Shown here piece after piece: positions 8,244-18,615 of a DNA stretch of 64,000 nt (positions within the stretch are counted from its first letter, which is position 1; the number at the start of each line of letters is the position of its first letter). A program made the position numbers and the translations under genes. Source of the stretch: a virus; the IMG/VR virus record IMGVR_UViG_3300025418_000011, one strand, 5' to 3'. The notes beneath the pieces are model-generated. The model was not told the DNA's origin, did not search any database, and worked only from the letters and a program-made list of their open reading frames with translations.

Positions 8244-10661
8244 ATGGATCTTAATACTCTTTTTTCAGATTTTAAACGCCAGCTACATACTGTACACAAC
8301 ACTAAAGGAAGCGAGATGTCGCTATTTACTGCCGTTGTAGTTACATCCACTGCAGCAACTTACACGGTGTCTGTTGTGCGCGAAAATAACATAACCCCAT
8401 TTTCTGATGGAGGAAACACAATTCAAGGTATAGCCATATCTTCTCACCTAGCTTCTTTCTTTGGTTTTAAAGATTGCGGTATACCACAACCAGGCAGTCG
8501 TGTGTTGTGTGCAGGCAGCGGATCTAATACTTGCTATATTATTGGAGTTATTCCACAAAATAATTTAAGCTCTGGATTTATACCTGGTAGGGTATCCGCA
8601 GGAGTTGGTTGCGCTAGTAATGATGATGCCAACAGAATAGGACACAAAGATAAACACCCCGTTATTCCTAATAATAGAAGACCTGCCGATGTTGTGGATG
8701 GTGAGTATGTTATTTCTAACGAATTTGGGGTTTTGTTGGGTTTATTTCAAACTCTAGCCACATTAAAAGCATCAGAGTTAGCTCAGGTACAATGTCACTT
8801 ATTAGATGACTTGGTAAGAATAGTTAGCCACAATTTCCAGCATTATACCGCCCTAGGAGAATATAATATTTGGCATGATGGAAAATCATTAATGGCAGAA
8901 TTCGGAGCAACCCATATACCAGCAGAATCATTGGGCAGGCCTTCTGTTTTATCCGACGCAGCAGGAGCTCCGGTTTTTTCAGAAACTTCTTCGAATACTC
9001 CAGACGATAAAGAAGATTTTTACAAGATTACAGAAAATGAAAGAATCAAGGCCATCGAGCGATTTAAGGTCTTTTTAGGAAGACTTGGTGACTTTTTACA
9101 TATATTTTTAGTAAAACCCGACGATGACGAAGTTAGATGTTTAGACCCAGAAAAAACACCACAAAAACCAGATACTGGATTATTTGATTTACATCTAGGT
9201 ACAGACGGAGGAGTACATATAAGAAGCTTAAAAGAGGTATTCATAGAAAAAACAAATTGGATACGTGTACCCCTGAGATATAGCGCCCCCGAAGACCAAA
9301 AAGGGGATGATGCCACAGGCATAGATTACGATAAAAAAGAAACTTTTGACTGGGATACTTCTCATATATACAAAGAAAATCCTTTGTCTTATTTTTTACA
9401 GATAAGAGACTACTTAGCTTATGTTAACGAAAAAACCTCTTATCAAAATTTCAAAAAGCACAAAAAAGACTTTTATGTTAATGACGATATTGCTAAAGAG
9501 AAAAGTTTATCAGAGATAACTAATGTAGACGAATCTACTGAATTAGACTTAAACGAATATAAATTACGGACTGCAGGCATATATTTAATGCCTAATGGGG
9601 GAATAACCATAAGAGATGCCTGGAATAGCGCCATTGTTTTAGAGGGAGGAAATGTTTATATTCAACCAGCCAAAGATTTAGTTTTACAGCCCTTGCGTAA
9701 TTTCATAGCAAAAGTAGGAGGATGGACAAGTATAGCAGGAAAAGAGGATATAGATATTTCCTCTACGGATAAAGGCTTTAGATTAAAAACAGAAAAATCA
9801 CAGTATTTTTATAGCGATAAGAGCGGAATAGTGGTTGAATCTAATTCTTCAACTCCTACCACTGGATCGCCAGACCCGGCAACAAAGGCAATCACTGATA
9901 TTGGAGGAATTGTACTTAAATCTAAGTTAGGTATTTATAATTATGCCGAAACAGAAATTTTAAATTACTCCAAAGATAGGATTCTTTTTCAGGCCGTAAA
10001 AGATTTCTTGATCCAGGGAGACGAATTGATTTCTATAAAATCTAAAAATAGTCAGATTATGCTGCAAGGGAAAACCATTGTGGCTGACGGTAAGGACTCC
10101 GCCTTATTTCTATCTTCAGCAGGCCTCGCGGCGTTTGCTGGAGATAGTGGTTCTGTTTTTGGTAAAAAGGACGAATATATTGGTGTTACTTATGATAAGA
10201 AGAGTTTCGTTGTGGATATTTTAAAGGGAGCATTAGATTTAAAAACAGTTAGTACACAAACTAATAAAGACTTTGATCAAATAAAGGAACCGATAAAATA
10301 TTCCATCTTTCAAGAAAATAAAAAGTTTACTGATCTTAAATTTAGATTTTTAGACTCAAAAGATTATTATGGTCTTCAAAAAGAGATAGATGCTATTCCT
10401 ACCACGATGGCGCAACAAGATGCAAAGTTGACGGAACTATATAATTTGACACCCTGGAAAGAAAAAGATGTAAATGATACAAAACCGTTTCCTGGAAAAG
10501 ATGATTATGATACTTTTTATCTTTCCGCCGAAGTATTTAAAAATCTAAAGAAGTCCCAATCCGGAGAAAAAGATAGTTATAGCTCAGCAACAGCGAAAAA
10601 AACCCCAGCTACGTTAAAATTATCTTCACTCGACGAATATAAAATACAATCCTATCAATAA
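8244..10661 (+). CDS. Baseplate central spike (gpV/gp5/VgrG-like)
   Basis: OB-fold-like N-terminus (YTVSV...IPQPGSRVLC...YIIGVI) and beta-helix-like repeats (GGITIRDAWNSAIVLEGGNVYIQPAKDL...). Confidence 0.65.
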   Translation: MDLNTLFSDFKRQLHTVHNTKGSEMSLFTAVVVTSTAATYTVSVVRENNITPFSDGGNTIQGIAISSHLASFFGFKDCGIPQPGSRVLCAGSGSNTCYIIGVIPQNNLSSGFIPGRVSAGVGCASNDDANRIGHKDKHPVIPNNRRPADVVDGEYVISNEFGVLLGLFQTLATLKASELAQVQCHLLDDLVRIVSHNFQHYTALGEYNIWHDGKSLMAEFGATHIPAESLGRPSVLSDAAGAPVFSETSSNTPDDKEDFYKITENERIKAIERFKVFLGRLGDFLHIFLVKPDDDEVRCLDPEKTPQKPDTGLFDLHLGTDGGVHIRSLKEVFIEKTNWIRVPLRYSAPEDQKGDDATGIDYDKKETFDWDTSHIYKENPLSYFLQIRDYLAYVNEKTSYQNFKKHKKDFYVNDDIAKEKSLSEITNVDESTELDLNEYKLRTAGIYLMPNGGITIRDAWNSAIVLEGGNVYIQPAKDLVLQPLRNFIAKVGGWTSIAGKEDIDISSTDKGFRLKTEKSQYFYSDKSGIVVESNSSTPTTGSPDPATKAITDIGGIVLKSKLGIYNYAETEILNYSKDRILFQAVKDFLIQGDELISIKSKNSQIMLQGKTIVADGKDSALFLSSAGLAAFAGDSGSVFGKKDEYIGVTYDKKSFVVDILKGALDLKTVSTQTNKDFDQIKEPIKYSIFQENKKFTDLKFRFLDSKDYYGLQKEIDAIPTTMAQQDAKLTELYNLTPWKEKDVNDTKPFPGKDDYDTFYLSAEVFKNLKKSQSGEKDSYSSATAKKTPATLKLSSLDEYKIQSYQ

Positions 10662-10664
10662 ACT

Positions 10665-11207
10665 ATGAACTCACAAGAAAACGAACAACCACAACAAGTC
10701 GAAACTTCCTCAATATTGGAAAACCCTACTAGCCCACAGAAAAATAAAGTCATGATTATATCAGACGAAGACAAAGAGGCTTTTTTTAAATCAGTACTAT
10801 CGGATCAACCATTTCAAGAAAAAATCAGTCTTTTTGACGACAGAATGACAATTACTTTAAGGACTATGACCGTTGAAGAAAACAATGATGTTATAGCCCA
10901 AATAAATAAAGATAAGGAGAATGAAATAGCCGAAAATAATGACGCTTATTTTATCACAATCTCTACGTATAGATTAGGTTTATGTTTAGTAGCTATAGAT
11001 GGTGAACCGTATAAAGCTATAGATAAAAATACATTTAAAGAAACCGAGAAGGGTGTTACATATATCAGAGCAAGAGCCAATGATATGCAAAAATGGCCTA
11101 CTTTCAAACTTTCTGCCTTTTTATCGGCCTTTAATGATTTTGAAGAAAAAGTGGTGAAGCTCACAAACGAGGTAAAGACTGAAAATTTTTGGACGGCCAG
11201 CGCGTAA
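10665..11207 (+). CDS. Tail assembly chaperone (G-like)
   Basis: 180 aa acidic protein two ORFs upstream of the tape measure, ending on a slippery site. Confidence 0.75.
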   Translation: MNSQENEQPQQVETSSILENPTSPQKNKVMIISDEDKEAFFKSVLSDQPFQEKISLFDDRMTITLRTMTVEENNDVIAQINKDKENEIAENNDAYFITISTYRLGLCLVAIDGEPYKAIDKNTFKETEKGVTYIRARANDMQKWPTFKLSAFLSAFNDFEEKVVKLTNEVKTENFWTASA

Positions 11208-11240
11208 AGTTTTTAACTACTGGTTATTTACGTGGCTGGC
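11183..11240 (+). other. Programmed -1 ribosomal frameshift signal
   Basis: A AAT TTT heptamer (11183-11189) in the chaperone frame; 6-nt spacer; hairpin GCCAGCGCGTAAA/TTTACGTGGCTGGC; the -1 frame opens right after TGA at 11180-11182. Confidence 0.85.
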
Positions 11241-11581
11241 TTGATTTTAAATACCCGCAACGCCTATCAAGACTTAGGGAGGAAATAATTCTTCGCAACT
11301 TAGAGGAAGAGGTATATTTGGACCTTTTTAAAGAGAGATTGCAAAAGGATTACACTATCTTTGCGGGATTGTCCAGCAAGCCAGAAAAGTTGTTTAAGAG
11401 CCTAGACGAAGCCCACACAAAGTATATTGGATTGAAATTGCCAGAACTGGCTAAGGAGTTTAAAATTGAGGAGAAAAAAACCCTGCCGCCGCAAACACTT
11501 GTAGAAATGCGTAGTATTTTAGAGGCGGCTAAAAAGCAAATTTCAACTCAACCCCCGCCTGGCTCTTCTCCAGATAAATAA
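11189..11581 (+). CDS. Frameshift extension of the chaperone (T-like; fused GT about 305 aa)
   Basis: Only a TTG start without SD; overlaps the G ORF in the -1 frame; ends 2 nt before the TMP. Confidence 0.75.
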   Translation: MDGQRVKFLTTGYLRGWLDFKYPQRLSRLREEIILRNLEEEVYLDLFKERLQKDYTIFAGLSSKPEKLFKSLDEAHTKYIGLKLPELAKEFKIEEKKTLPPQTLVEMRSILEAAKKQISTQPPPGSSPDK

Positions 11582-11583
11582 AA

Positions 11584-14500
11584 ATGCCTGTAGATGTAAC
11601 ACCTTTTGAAGGATATCCAAATTATAGTAGTTATAGGCCGTTAGGCAATAACTACGGAAATCCTGTATTAAATCTATTAGCTTACAGTGCTTTTGGAGGT
11701 AATTATGCCCCCAGACCCGAAGGTGATCAGGATATTTATGATGTATACCAGCAGAGAGAGCGAACTAGGGGATTTATGGGACTGCAGGCTCAGCAGTTTT
11801 CACAAAATATGCTTTTTAAAGCAGCAGGTTTAGATCCTAATAATGAAGTATTGAATACTCTTGGACATACTCTTGCAGGTCCAGATAGTCCCATGGCTCG
11901 CCTTTTATCTCCTCTTATCGGGGGAAACCCTATGGCTGCGTCTCAAGAAGCCTTCGCCGGCTTCCAGGGAGCTAATATAATGGGTGCCTTTGGTCGTCAG
12001 ACTGGTGTTAGTTCTGGGGAGGTAGCTAAATTGATGAGCACTCTAGAGAAAAGCTTTTATAAAAAAGAAGATTTGACTACCACAGGAAACAAGCTAAATA
12101 AAGAGTTTACAGACCGGCTCATAACGGATCCTGAGTTAGCTAGACAGGCAGGTATAGGAGTTCAAGACGAAGCCTCCGCCGAGAAAACTAAAAAAATAGG
12201 AAAGAGCAGAAGAGAAACTGCAGAAGCCCTTGATAGCGACGTAGACACATTAGTTGCTAATGAGCTAAAAAAAGACACCACAGACTATAAAAAAGAATTA
12301 TCTAAAAATATAAGCGACCACCTCAAGAAGACTCTTTTAAATTCTAAAAAGCTCACAGAAGAAGAATTGAAGAAAGCTACGGATCCTAACGGTATAATAA
12401 ATCCTGAGGTTGTAAGAAATTTAACAAGAGCTCAAAAGCAAAGAGCAGCTATTGAGGAAGCCGGCCTAGACTACAACAAAATAAAGGGCACAAAATTAAC
12501 AGATGTTGCGGAAAATATTACAAAAAATAGAGAAGCTAAAGATATTAGGTTAAATACTATAAATAGCCTCAGAGCAGAGTATGATAGTGCAACAAGTCCT
12601 GCAGATAAAAAAGAAATAGAGAAAAAAATAAAACAGGAGCTTATATCTAGTGGTATAAAAGAATCCGACATCAAAACAACCGGCGGAGGCATACTTGGCT
12701 TTAATTCAGCGAATAAACATATAGATATCGACTATCTAAATGAAGTTGAAAATAAGATGAAGGCCAAAACATACTCTGAGTATATGGCTCAGCAATACCA
12801 GCAGTATAAGAAAGCTGGAGGTAGATATGCTGGTATAAATTTTGAAAACACAAGAGGATTTAATATAGAAGACTTTACCTCTGCGTATAAAACGTCAGCT
12901 GAGTTAGGTATGCTTGGTAGTAAGGGCACTTTTACAGGCAAGTTTGATCAATTCATGCAAAATGCAGGGGGAACGCTAAGTGCGGCCAGATCCGTGTTTG
13001 GCAATAAGTCCGGAGCAGAACTCACCAGCAAAATAAGCAATTTGATGGGATCCGACGCGGTAGATATGTCCTCTAAATCAGGCTCTCAAGATATAGAGAA
13101 ATATTTGAGAGATATGAAAGCTACCGCAAGGGTTGCTGGGGTTAGCATAAATGCAATGCTAGATACTATAGACGCGGCAAAACAATTAGCTAACAATAAC
13201 CCGAGGTTAAAATATTTAAGCTCCGCCGCTACCACAGACATGACCGTAAAAGCATTCCAAACAGCATCTGCATTATCTAGTGCTATGAGTAGTAGCGAAA
13301 TTAGAAAAGCGGGAGGAACACAAGGAATAGTTGCGCAGCAAATATCAGAAAGACAAAGAATAGGTAGCTCAGACCAAAACCTGAGACTTGTTGCGCTGCA
13401 GCAGGCCTATGCAGGAGATCCTCAAAAGCTAGCCGCAGTGCAAGCGGCTATGCAAAAGTTCAAGGAGGGAGGAATTTCACAGCAGCAATTACCTGAATTT
13501 ATTTCAGAGATAAAGAAACAGAAGGGTATGGAGAATGTGAGTACTGCCGAGCTCATGCGTAATATGACTGACAAATATTACATGGAGCAGGGCAAGAAAA
13601 ATAGCAAGTTTTTCAATACAGCCACAGATCTATCAACACAAGCCGTAAAGAAGGAATTTCTACTTAACGCTTACTACAGTGGTGTTTCTGAGGTGGATAG
13701 AGCGGGAGGTGAAAAAGCTTTTGAAGAGGCGAAGAAGAAAAACCCCAGTTTAAACAAATCTGACTTTTTAGCAGACTATACTAAAAAGCAATTAGTTAGT
13801 GGTTATGACGAATATCTTAAACAGAATCCCCAGGGTAGTCTCTCTGACTTTGTGGGTAGTAAGCTCAAAGGTGCGCCTGGAGCAACTGCCCTAATGCGAG
13901 ATGACTTGGTAGGCGGGACAATCATGTCTAGCTTATACGAAGCCACAAATCCACAGGTTTTTGAAAACGTAAAAAAAATTAGAGAAAATCAAGTAGCTGT
14001 GGACACAGCTTTGGATAAAAAATACGCCAGCAGGTATGCCCCAGTAATAACACAAGCAATTTCAAAATTAGCAGAGGGCGGTAAATTTGACGAGGGTACC
14101 GCAGCTCAAATAATGGGAATATTCGGGGACACAGCTAAGGGTGAAAAATTAAAACCAGGACTTCAGCAGGCCGTGGTAAGCGCCGGAGCAGATGATATCT
14201 CCCACAACTACAGGGACACGATTAAAGGACTCAACGCAGCTACAGGAGCAGGACTAACCGAGGAGGCATTAAAGAATATTCAAGATGCCGGGTTCATGGA
14301 CAAAGATGTAGGAGACGCGAAGGGGAGACTAGAGACACTGAGGAAAAACAAAAATAAACTCGGGGAGGCAGAAAGAAAACAATTATCTGCTTTAGAATCC
14401 CTGGATAAGCTAGGTATATTATCTAGTCAAAAGGCATATTCTACGGCCAAGAAAGGTGCAGAAGGGGGGCATCTTGCGGGCGGCATAACCGCAGCCACAA

Positions 14501-14967
14501 TCACAGGGCAAGAGGCAGCGATAGCTAGAGCAGACTTTGAAAAACAAGAAGGAAAAACTATTTTAGGTGGGGTAGATACACTATTGGCCAGTGCTGCAAA
14601 AGGAAACAAAGACCAAGAAATTCAAAAAGATATAAGCGCAATAAAAGATTATTATCGTGGAGATAATAAGAAGCTCCTCACAGACATGGAAAAAAGTGAG
14701 GGGCTATTTAATAAAGCTTCGAAAGAAGCTAAAAAATACGGGGTAGACCTCGAATCCGAAAAATTTAAAGGTGTAGTTAGCGGGTTAAAAGAAGTTAAAA
14801 ATAACTTTGAAGAAGCTTCTGAAAAAGCCATGGGTGGAAAAGATATGGATGACTCAGGCGCAAGCTCACCACAAGACGAAGCATCCAAACATTTAGCAGA
14901 TCTTACAAAAGCATTAAATGACAGTAAATTAGCAAATGCTGTTGTAGCTTTGGCAGGTAAAGTATAA
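11584..14967 (+). CDS. Tape measure protein
   Basis: 1127 aa, helical, A/K/G/S-rich, directly after the G/GT pair. Confidence 0.82.
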   Translation: MPVDVTPFEGYPNYSSYRPLGNNYGNPVLNLLAYSAFGGNYAPRPEGDQDIYDVYQQRERTRGFMGLQAQQFSQNMLFKAAGLDPNNEVLNTLGHTLAGPDSPMARLLSPLIGGNPMAASQEAFAGFQGANIMGAFGRQTGVSSGEVAKLMSTLEKSFYKKEDLTTTGNKLNKEFTDRLITDPELARQAGIGVQDEASAEKTKKIGKSRRETAEALDSDVDTLVANELKKDTTDYKKELSKNISDHLKKTLLNSKKLTEEELKKATDPNGIINPEVVRNLTRAQKQRAAIEEAGLDYNKIKGTKLTDVAENITKNREAKDIRLNTINSLRAEYDSATSPADKKEIEKKIKQELISSGIKESDIKTTGGGILGFNSANKHIDIDYLNEVENKMKAKTYSEYMAQQYQQYKKAGGRYAGINFENTRGFNIEDFTSAYKTSAELGMLGSKGTFTGKFDQFMQNAGGTLSAARSVFGNKSGAELTSKISNLMGSDAVDMSSKSGSQDIEKYLRDMKATARVAGVSINAMLDTIDAAKQLANNNPRLKYLSSAATTDMTVKAFQTASALSSAMSSSEIRKAGGTQGIVAQQISERQRIGSSDQNLRLVALQQAYAGDPQKLAAVQAAMQKFKEGGISQQQLPEFISEIKKQKGMENVSTAELMRNMTDKYYMEQGKKNSKFFNTATDLSTQAVKKEFLLNAYYSGVSEVDRAGGEKAFEEAKKKNPSLNKSDFLADYTKKQLVSGYDEYLKQNPQGSLSDFVGSKLKGAPGATALMRDDLVGGTIMSSLYEATNPQVFENVKKIRENQVAVDTALDKKYASRYAPVITQAISKLAEGGKFDEGTAAQIMGIFGDTAKGEKLKPGLQQAVVSAGADDISHNYRDTIKGLNAATGAGLTEEALKNIQDAGFMDKDVGDAKGRLETLRKNKNKLGEAERKQLSALESLDKLGILSSQKAYSTAKKGAEGGHLAGGITAATITGQEAAIARADFEKQEGKTILGGVDTLLASAAKGNKDQEIQKDISAIKDYYRGDNKKLLTDMEKSEGLFNKASKEAKKYGVDLESEKFKGVVSGLKEVKNNFEEASEKAMGGKDMDDSGASSPQDEASKHLADLTKALNDSKLANAVVALAGKV

Positions 14968-14978
14968 TATAAAAATAT

Positions 14979-15422
14979 ATGGCTGCTACTTTTTACCAAG
15001 GATCCGGAGATGTTTTTAAACGCGGAACAGGCGGGGCATCTTCTATTTTAACGATTCCCTCACTAGACGCTATAATAGGACAATCAGGTTTAGCAGTATA
15101 TTCCGACGTAACTCTTCAACTCGGAGAAACAATACAATATTTTTTAACGTTTGACGACGTTATCAAGTATATTCATTTTGGTAAGGGTGTTGGAAATATC
15201 ACGGCAAATGGAACTTTATTTTCTGATTGTTCCCAAAATTTACCAGGAGCCTCCCAATATCTCTCAGCTTTTTCTTCATTGAGAGGCACAACACAGCAAA
15301 TAACCATGGGCGGGCAAACCTTTACTGTTGTGGTCACTAATGCAAATTTAACAATGCTTTCAGAACCCGACTTTATGGGCAATTTTCAAATGTCTTTTTC
15401 CGTAGTAGACCATCATCTTTAA
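14979..15422 (+). CDS. Putative tube-initiator/baseplate hub protein
   Basis: 147 aa tube-like beta pattern (IHFGKGVGNITANGTLF) immediately after the TMP. Confidence 0.5.
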   Translation: MAATFYQGSGDVFKRGTGGASSILTIPSLDAIIGQSGLAVYSDVTLQLGETIQYFLTFDDVIKYIHFGKGVGNITANGTLFSDCSQNLPGASQYLSAFSSLRGTTQQITMGGQTFTVVVTNANLTMLSEPDFMGNFQMSFSVVDHHL

Positions 15423-15427
15423 TTCAT

Positions 15428-16261
15428 ATGGTTAATCATTACGCCACTTTATTAATGAATCTTCCCGGGGTCAAAAATGGGGGAACTCCTTCTTATTTTA
15501 TAGATAGAAACTATTCTCCCGTGACACTACCAAAGGCCCTGCAGGATTTTTACAATATAATTTTTCCGCCTGCAACAACAGCATATCAAAAGCAATTTTT
15601 ATGTTATTCTTACCTAAGGTTGATACATTCAACAGGGCTAGTTGACCTATTAACATCGTTTGATAATAGAATTACATATGATTTAGATAAATTAACTGAA
15701 TATTTTAGAACTTATCAAATCTCTCCGCCTGTAAGTAATAATCCAAATTACTCATTGTTAGTTACAGGTAAATACAAAAACAATAAAAATAATTATTATT
15801 ATAATTCATATACTGTTTCTCAGCTGGGCTCTACAAATACCATTTCAGTCTTTTCAAATATAGATAAGCTTTTTTTAAATGGTAACCAATTTGGGCAAAC
15901 CTTAACAGGAGATCTAACCATACCATTAACAATATCCCAAAACTCTCCTACCTCTTCTACATCGATGCAAATAGGGGGCTCAAACCTTTCTTTCATTATT
16001 ACTGGTCCACTTAATAACTTTAACCTATCTTCAAACAAACAGTGGACTTTTATTGCAGAGGCTCCTTTACGTTTTTCTTTTCAAGATACATTAAAGGCTT
16101 TAGAGTTAGCCAACAGCAAGGTGGATAATATGATTAACTATGGTTTAGACACAGATGAAAAAACAAACGAAAATATATGGAATTTACACTTTAATTCTGT
16201 ATATAGATTTGCTGGGCTTTTAAATTGCTATATCACTAGGGTAAACAAACTCATTAAATAA
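15428..16261 (+). CDS. Putative baseplate protein
   Basis: 277 aa, operonic, N/Y/T-rich. Confidence 0.4.
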   Translation: MVNHYATLLMNLPGVKNGGTPSYFIDRNYSPVTLPKALQDFYNIIFPPATTAYQKQFLCYSYLRLIHSTGLVDLLTSFDNRITYDLDKLTEYFRTYQISPPVSNNPNYSLLVTGKYKNNKNNYYYNSYTVSQLGSTNTISVFSNIDKLFLNGNQFGQTLTGDLTIPLTISQNSPTSSTSMQIGGSNLSFIITGPLNNFNLSSNKQWTFIAEAPLRFSFQDTLKALELANSKVDNMINYGLDTDEKTNENIWNLHFNSVYRFAGLLNCYITRVNKLIK

Positions 16262-16270
16262 TTTAAATAA

Positions 16271-17974
16271 ATGCCATCAGACGTACAGCTCTCCGTATCT
16301 CCCTTACCTGGTGTGACAGTTACCGGAGTTACTTTAAATTTTACTGCTGGAGCTATCCCGGTGTGTACGGTAGATTTTGCGCCAGCGGAACCGGGACCTC
16401 CGGCAAGAATATCAGGAAATACCAGCGGAATCCTTGCATCTCCCGACACGTTTAAAAGACAAACTCTTATAAATGTTAACATAAGTACAAAAGAATCCTC
16501 AGGAGTTGGCGGTAGTAGGTCACACAATTTATCCTGGAAAGGATTTTTAGACGGTGTTAGTTCAAGCAACAATGTAGGAGATATCAGATACCAAGCAGTG
16601 CTTAAGGGTAAAGCTCAAACATTATTGGAATTAACCACAATGACTCCTGGTTTAACTCCGGATTCTGTGGACATATATAAAAATCCATATTATTCAATTT
16701 TATCAAATTCTGATAATCCCGATGATCAAAGCGATGAAGCGATGATTAATAAGGCTTTTTCGTCTGGGTTAGACCCAACTGAAAATCCATTAAAGTTTTA
16801 TATTAAATTAATAAAAACAATATTAAATATTCAAAAATCAGATTTTAGTACATTTATAGGTAAAGAACAAGACACTCAAAATCAGCAAGCATTAGTACAG
16901 ATATATAGCGAAGAACGATATCAGAAAGCCATAACTAAGGCATTAGATATAATCGAAGCTATTGACATTTCTTCAGTTGATGGAGGAGTGCTTACAGATA
17001 TTAAATCTTCTCTACCTAATGCGATGAGCGTAATAAAGCATTTTTTCTTTAAAGGGTCTAATGTAATTTTAGAGAATTTTTTGAACTTTTTAAGCTTTTT
17101 AGGTTTAACTATAGTATTTGGCTCAGAAAGAGGATTTGTTATACCTGAAAGATCTTTTATTACACAAACGCACTCAAGACCAGGACCCAAACAACAGTCT
17201 TCAGAAATAAATAAAGCATATCCTGCGGACTATGGAGGTTATTCCTACAATGACAATGGATACAAAGATGTTTTTGCCGTGCTATTGGCTAACCGAGTTA
17301 TAGTTACCGGACAGAATCTAAACGATTTGCCCCTTAATTGTAACATGATAGGGTATTATAAAGATGAAAATGAATTAACTAATGCTTCGGGTGTTTTAAT
17401 TATAGAAGAACATCCATTTTCATTTTTAACGCAGGATAGTGAAAATTACGCTGGCGATGCAAAATCTTTAAAAACCAAAGCAGACGCCGGACCGTCTCAA
17501 TCTTATTATGGTGATAAGCAAGAGTACGGCTCAAACGATAGCCAGGAAAATCAAAAAGATAGGGCGCAAAGCAAGCAGGACATTTACAAAGGACAACTAG
17601 CCAACCCTGATAAATTAAAAAATTACGCTCAAATTAAATTTTATCAGGCTAGATATGGAGAAAGAAAAGGAAGTATAACTATGTCATTTAACGCCAAATG
17701 GGCTCCAGGAGCAGGAGGAACCATATTTGTTAAGTCTGGAGAAAATAACTCTGGGGCATTTTTAGACTTTTGGGTAGAAAGCGTAACTCATCGAGTAGAT
17801 ATGACCCCTCCAGCAGGTGGGGCAGCTATAACAATTGTAAATTTTTGTTGTGGTAGATGGGGCGGAGTTCCCCCGGAACCCGTGGGAGTAAAAGAGGATG
17901 CCTTTACTGGATACAACCAAGGTAAAGAAGATTCATTTAAAAGCAATTTTACAGGAGACATAGGAGCCTCTTAA
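16271..17974 (+). CDS. Putative baseplate hub (gp27/gpD-like)
   Basis: 567 aa; C-terminal GSITMSFNAKWAPG...FWVESVTHRVD...TIVNF is typical of hub C-termini. Confidence 0.6.
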   Translation: MPSDVQLSVSPLPGVTVTGVTLNFTAGAIPVCTVDFAPAEPGPPARISGNTSGILASPDTFKRQTLINVNISTKESSGVGGSRSHNLSWKGFLDGVSSSNNVGDIRYQAVLKGKAQTLLELTTMTPGLTPDSVDIYKNPYYSILSNSDNPDDQSDEAMINKAFSSGLDPTENPLKFYIKLIKTILNIQKSDFSTFIGKEQDTQNQQALVQIYSEERYQKAITKALDIIEAIDISSVDGGVLTDIKSSLPNAMSVIKHFFFKGSNVILENFLNFLSFLGLTIVFGSERGFVIPERSFITQTHSRPGPKQQSSEINKAYPADYGGYSYNDNGYKDVFAVLLANRVIVTGQNLNDLPLNCNMIGYYKDENELTNASGVLIIEEHPFSFLTQDSENYAGDAKSLKTKADAGPSQSYYGDKQEYGSNDSQENQKDRAQSKQDIYKGQLANPDKLKNYAQIKFYQARYGERKGSITMSFNAKWAPGAGGTIFVKSGENNSGAFLDFWVESVTHRVDMTPPAGGAAITIVNFCCGRWGGVPPEPVGVKEDAFTGYNQGKEDSFKSNFTGDIGAS

Positions 17975-17975
17975 T

Positions 17976-18614
17976 ATGCAAAATATCACTGAAATAAATA
18001 AACTGCTGACTGAGCATAAAAAACTCATAGATTCAGAAGCAAAAAAATATTCAACAAATATTCCTTTTATTACTGCACAGATAGAGGCACATAGATTGGC
18101 CAGAGGTGCGGCAGAAAGTTATTCTCCAAGCATGGGTAAATTTAGCACACATCTTGTTAATAGCTTAAAAAAATTATCTAGACTTTCTACGCAATACGGC
18201 AGCTCTGTGAGACTTCCAGAAAATACACAATTTGCAATAAACAAACTCAATAATATAGAAAAGCAACTAGATAGTGAGCTAGGGCGCAATCCCACCGTAG
18301 AAGAGCTATCCGACTATTCAGGAATGAATATAAAAACAATTAATAATTTGCTTAAAAACAAAAAATCCATAATTTCTTTTAATAACATGTTAAATACTCC
18401 CACAATCATGGATAGCTCTAATGATGAATGGGTTGCATTTGTTTATCACGATTTAACCCCTAAAGATAAATTAATATTTGAACACATGACAGGTTTCGGA
18501 GGGAGACCTACTTTACCTATAAAAAACATAGCAAAGAAATTAAATATTTCAGAAGCGCAAGCAAATCAAAGGATAAAATTGATAAGCGATAAAATTAACG
18601 AAGGATGGAAATAA
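17976..18614 (+). CDS. RNA polymerase sigma factor (sigma70 family, FliA/SigB/SigF-like size)
   Basis: Region 2 (AAESYSPSMGKFSTH), SVRLP linker, region 3 (LDSELGRNPTVEELSDYSGM), region 4 HTH (LPIKNIAKKLNISEAQANQRIK). Confidence 0.82.
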   Translation: MQNITEINKLLTEHKKLIDSEAKKYSTNIPFITAQIEAHRLARGAAESYSPSMGKFSTHLVNSLKKLSRLSTQYGSSVRLPENTQFAINKLNNIEKQLDSELGRNPTVEELSDYSGMNIKTINNLLKNKKSIISFNNMLNTPTIMDSSNDEWVAFVYHDLTPKDKLIFEHMTGFGGRPTLPIKNIAKKLNISEAQANQRIKLISDKINEGWK

Positions 18615-18615
18615 T

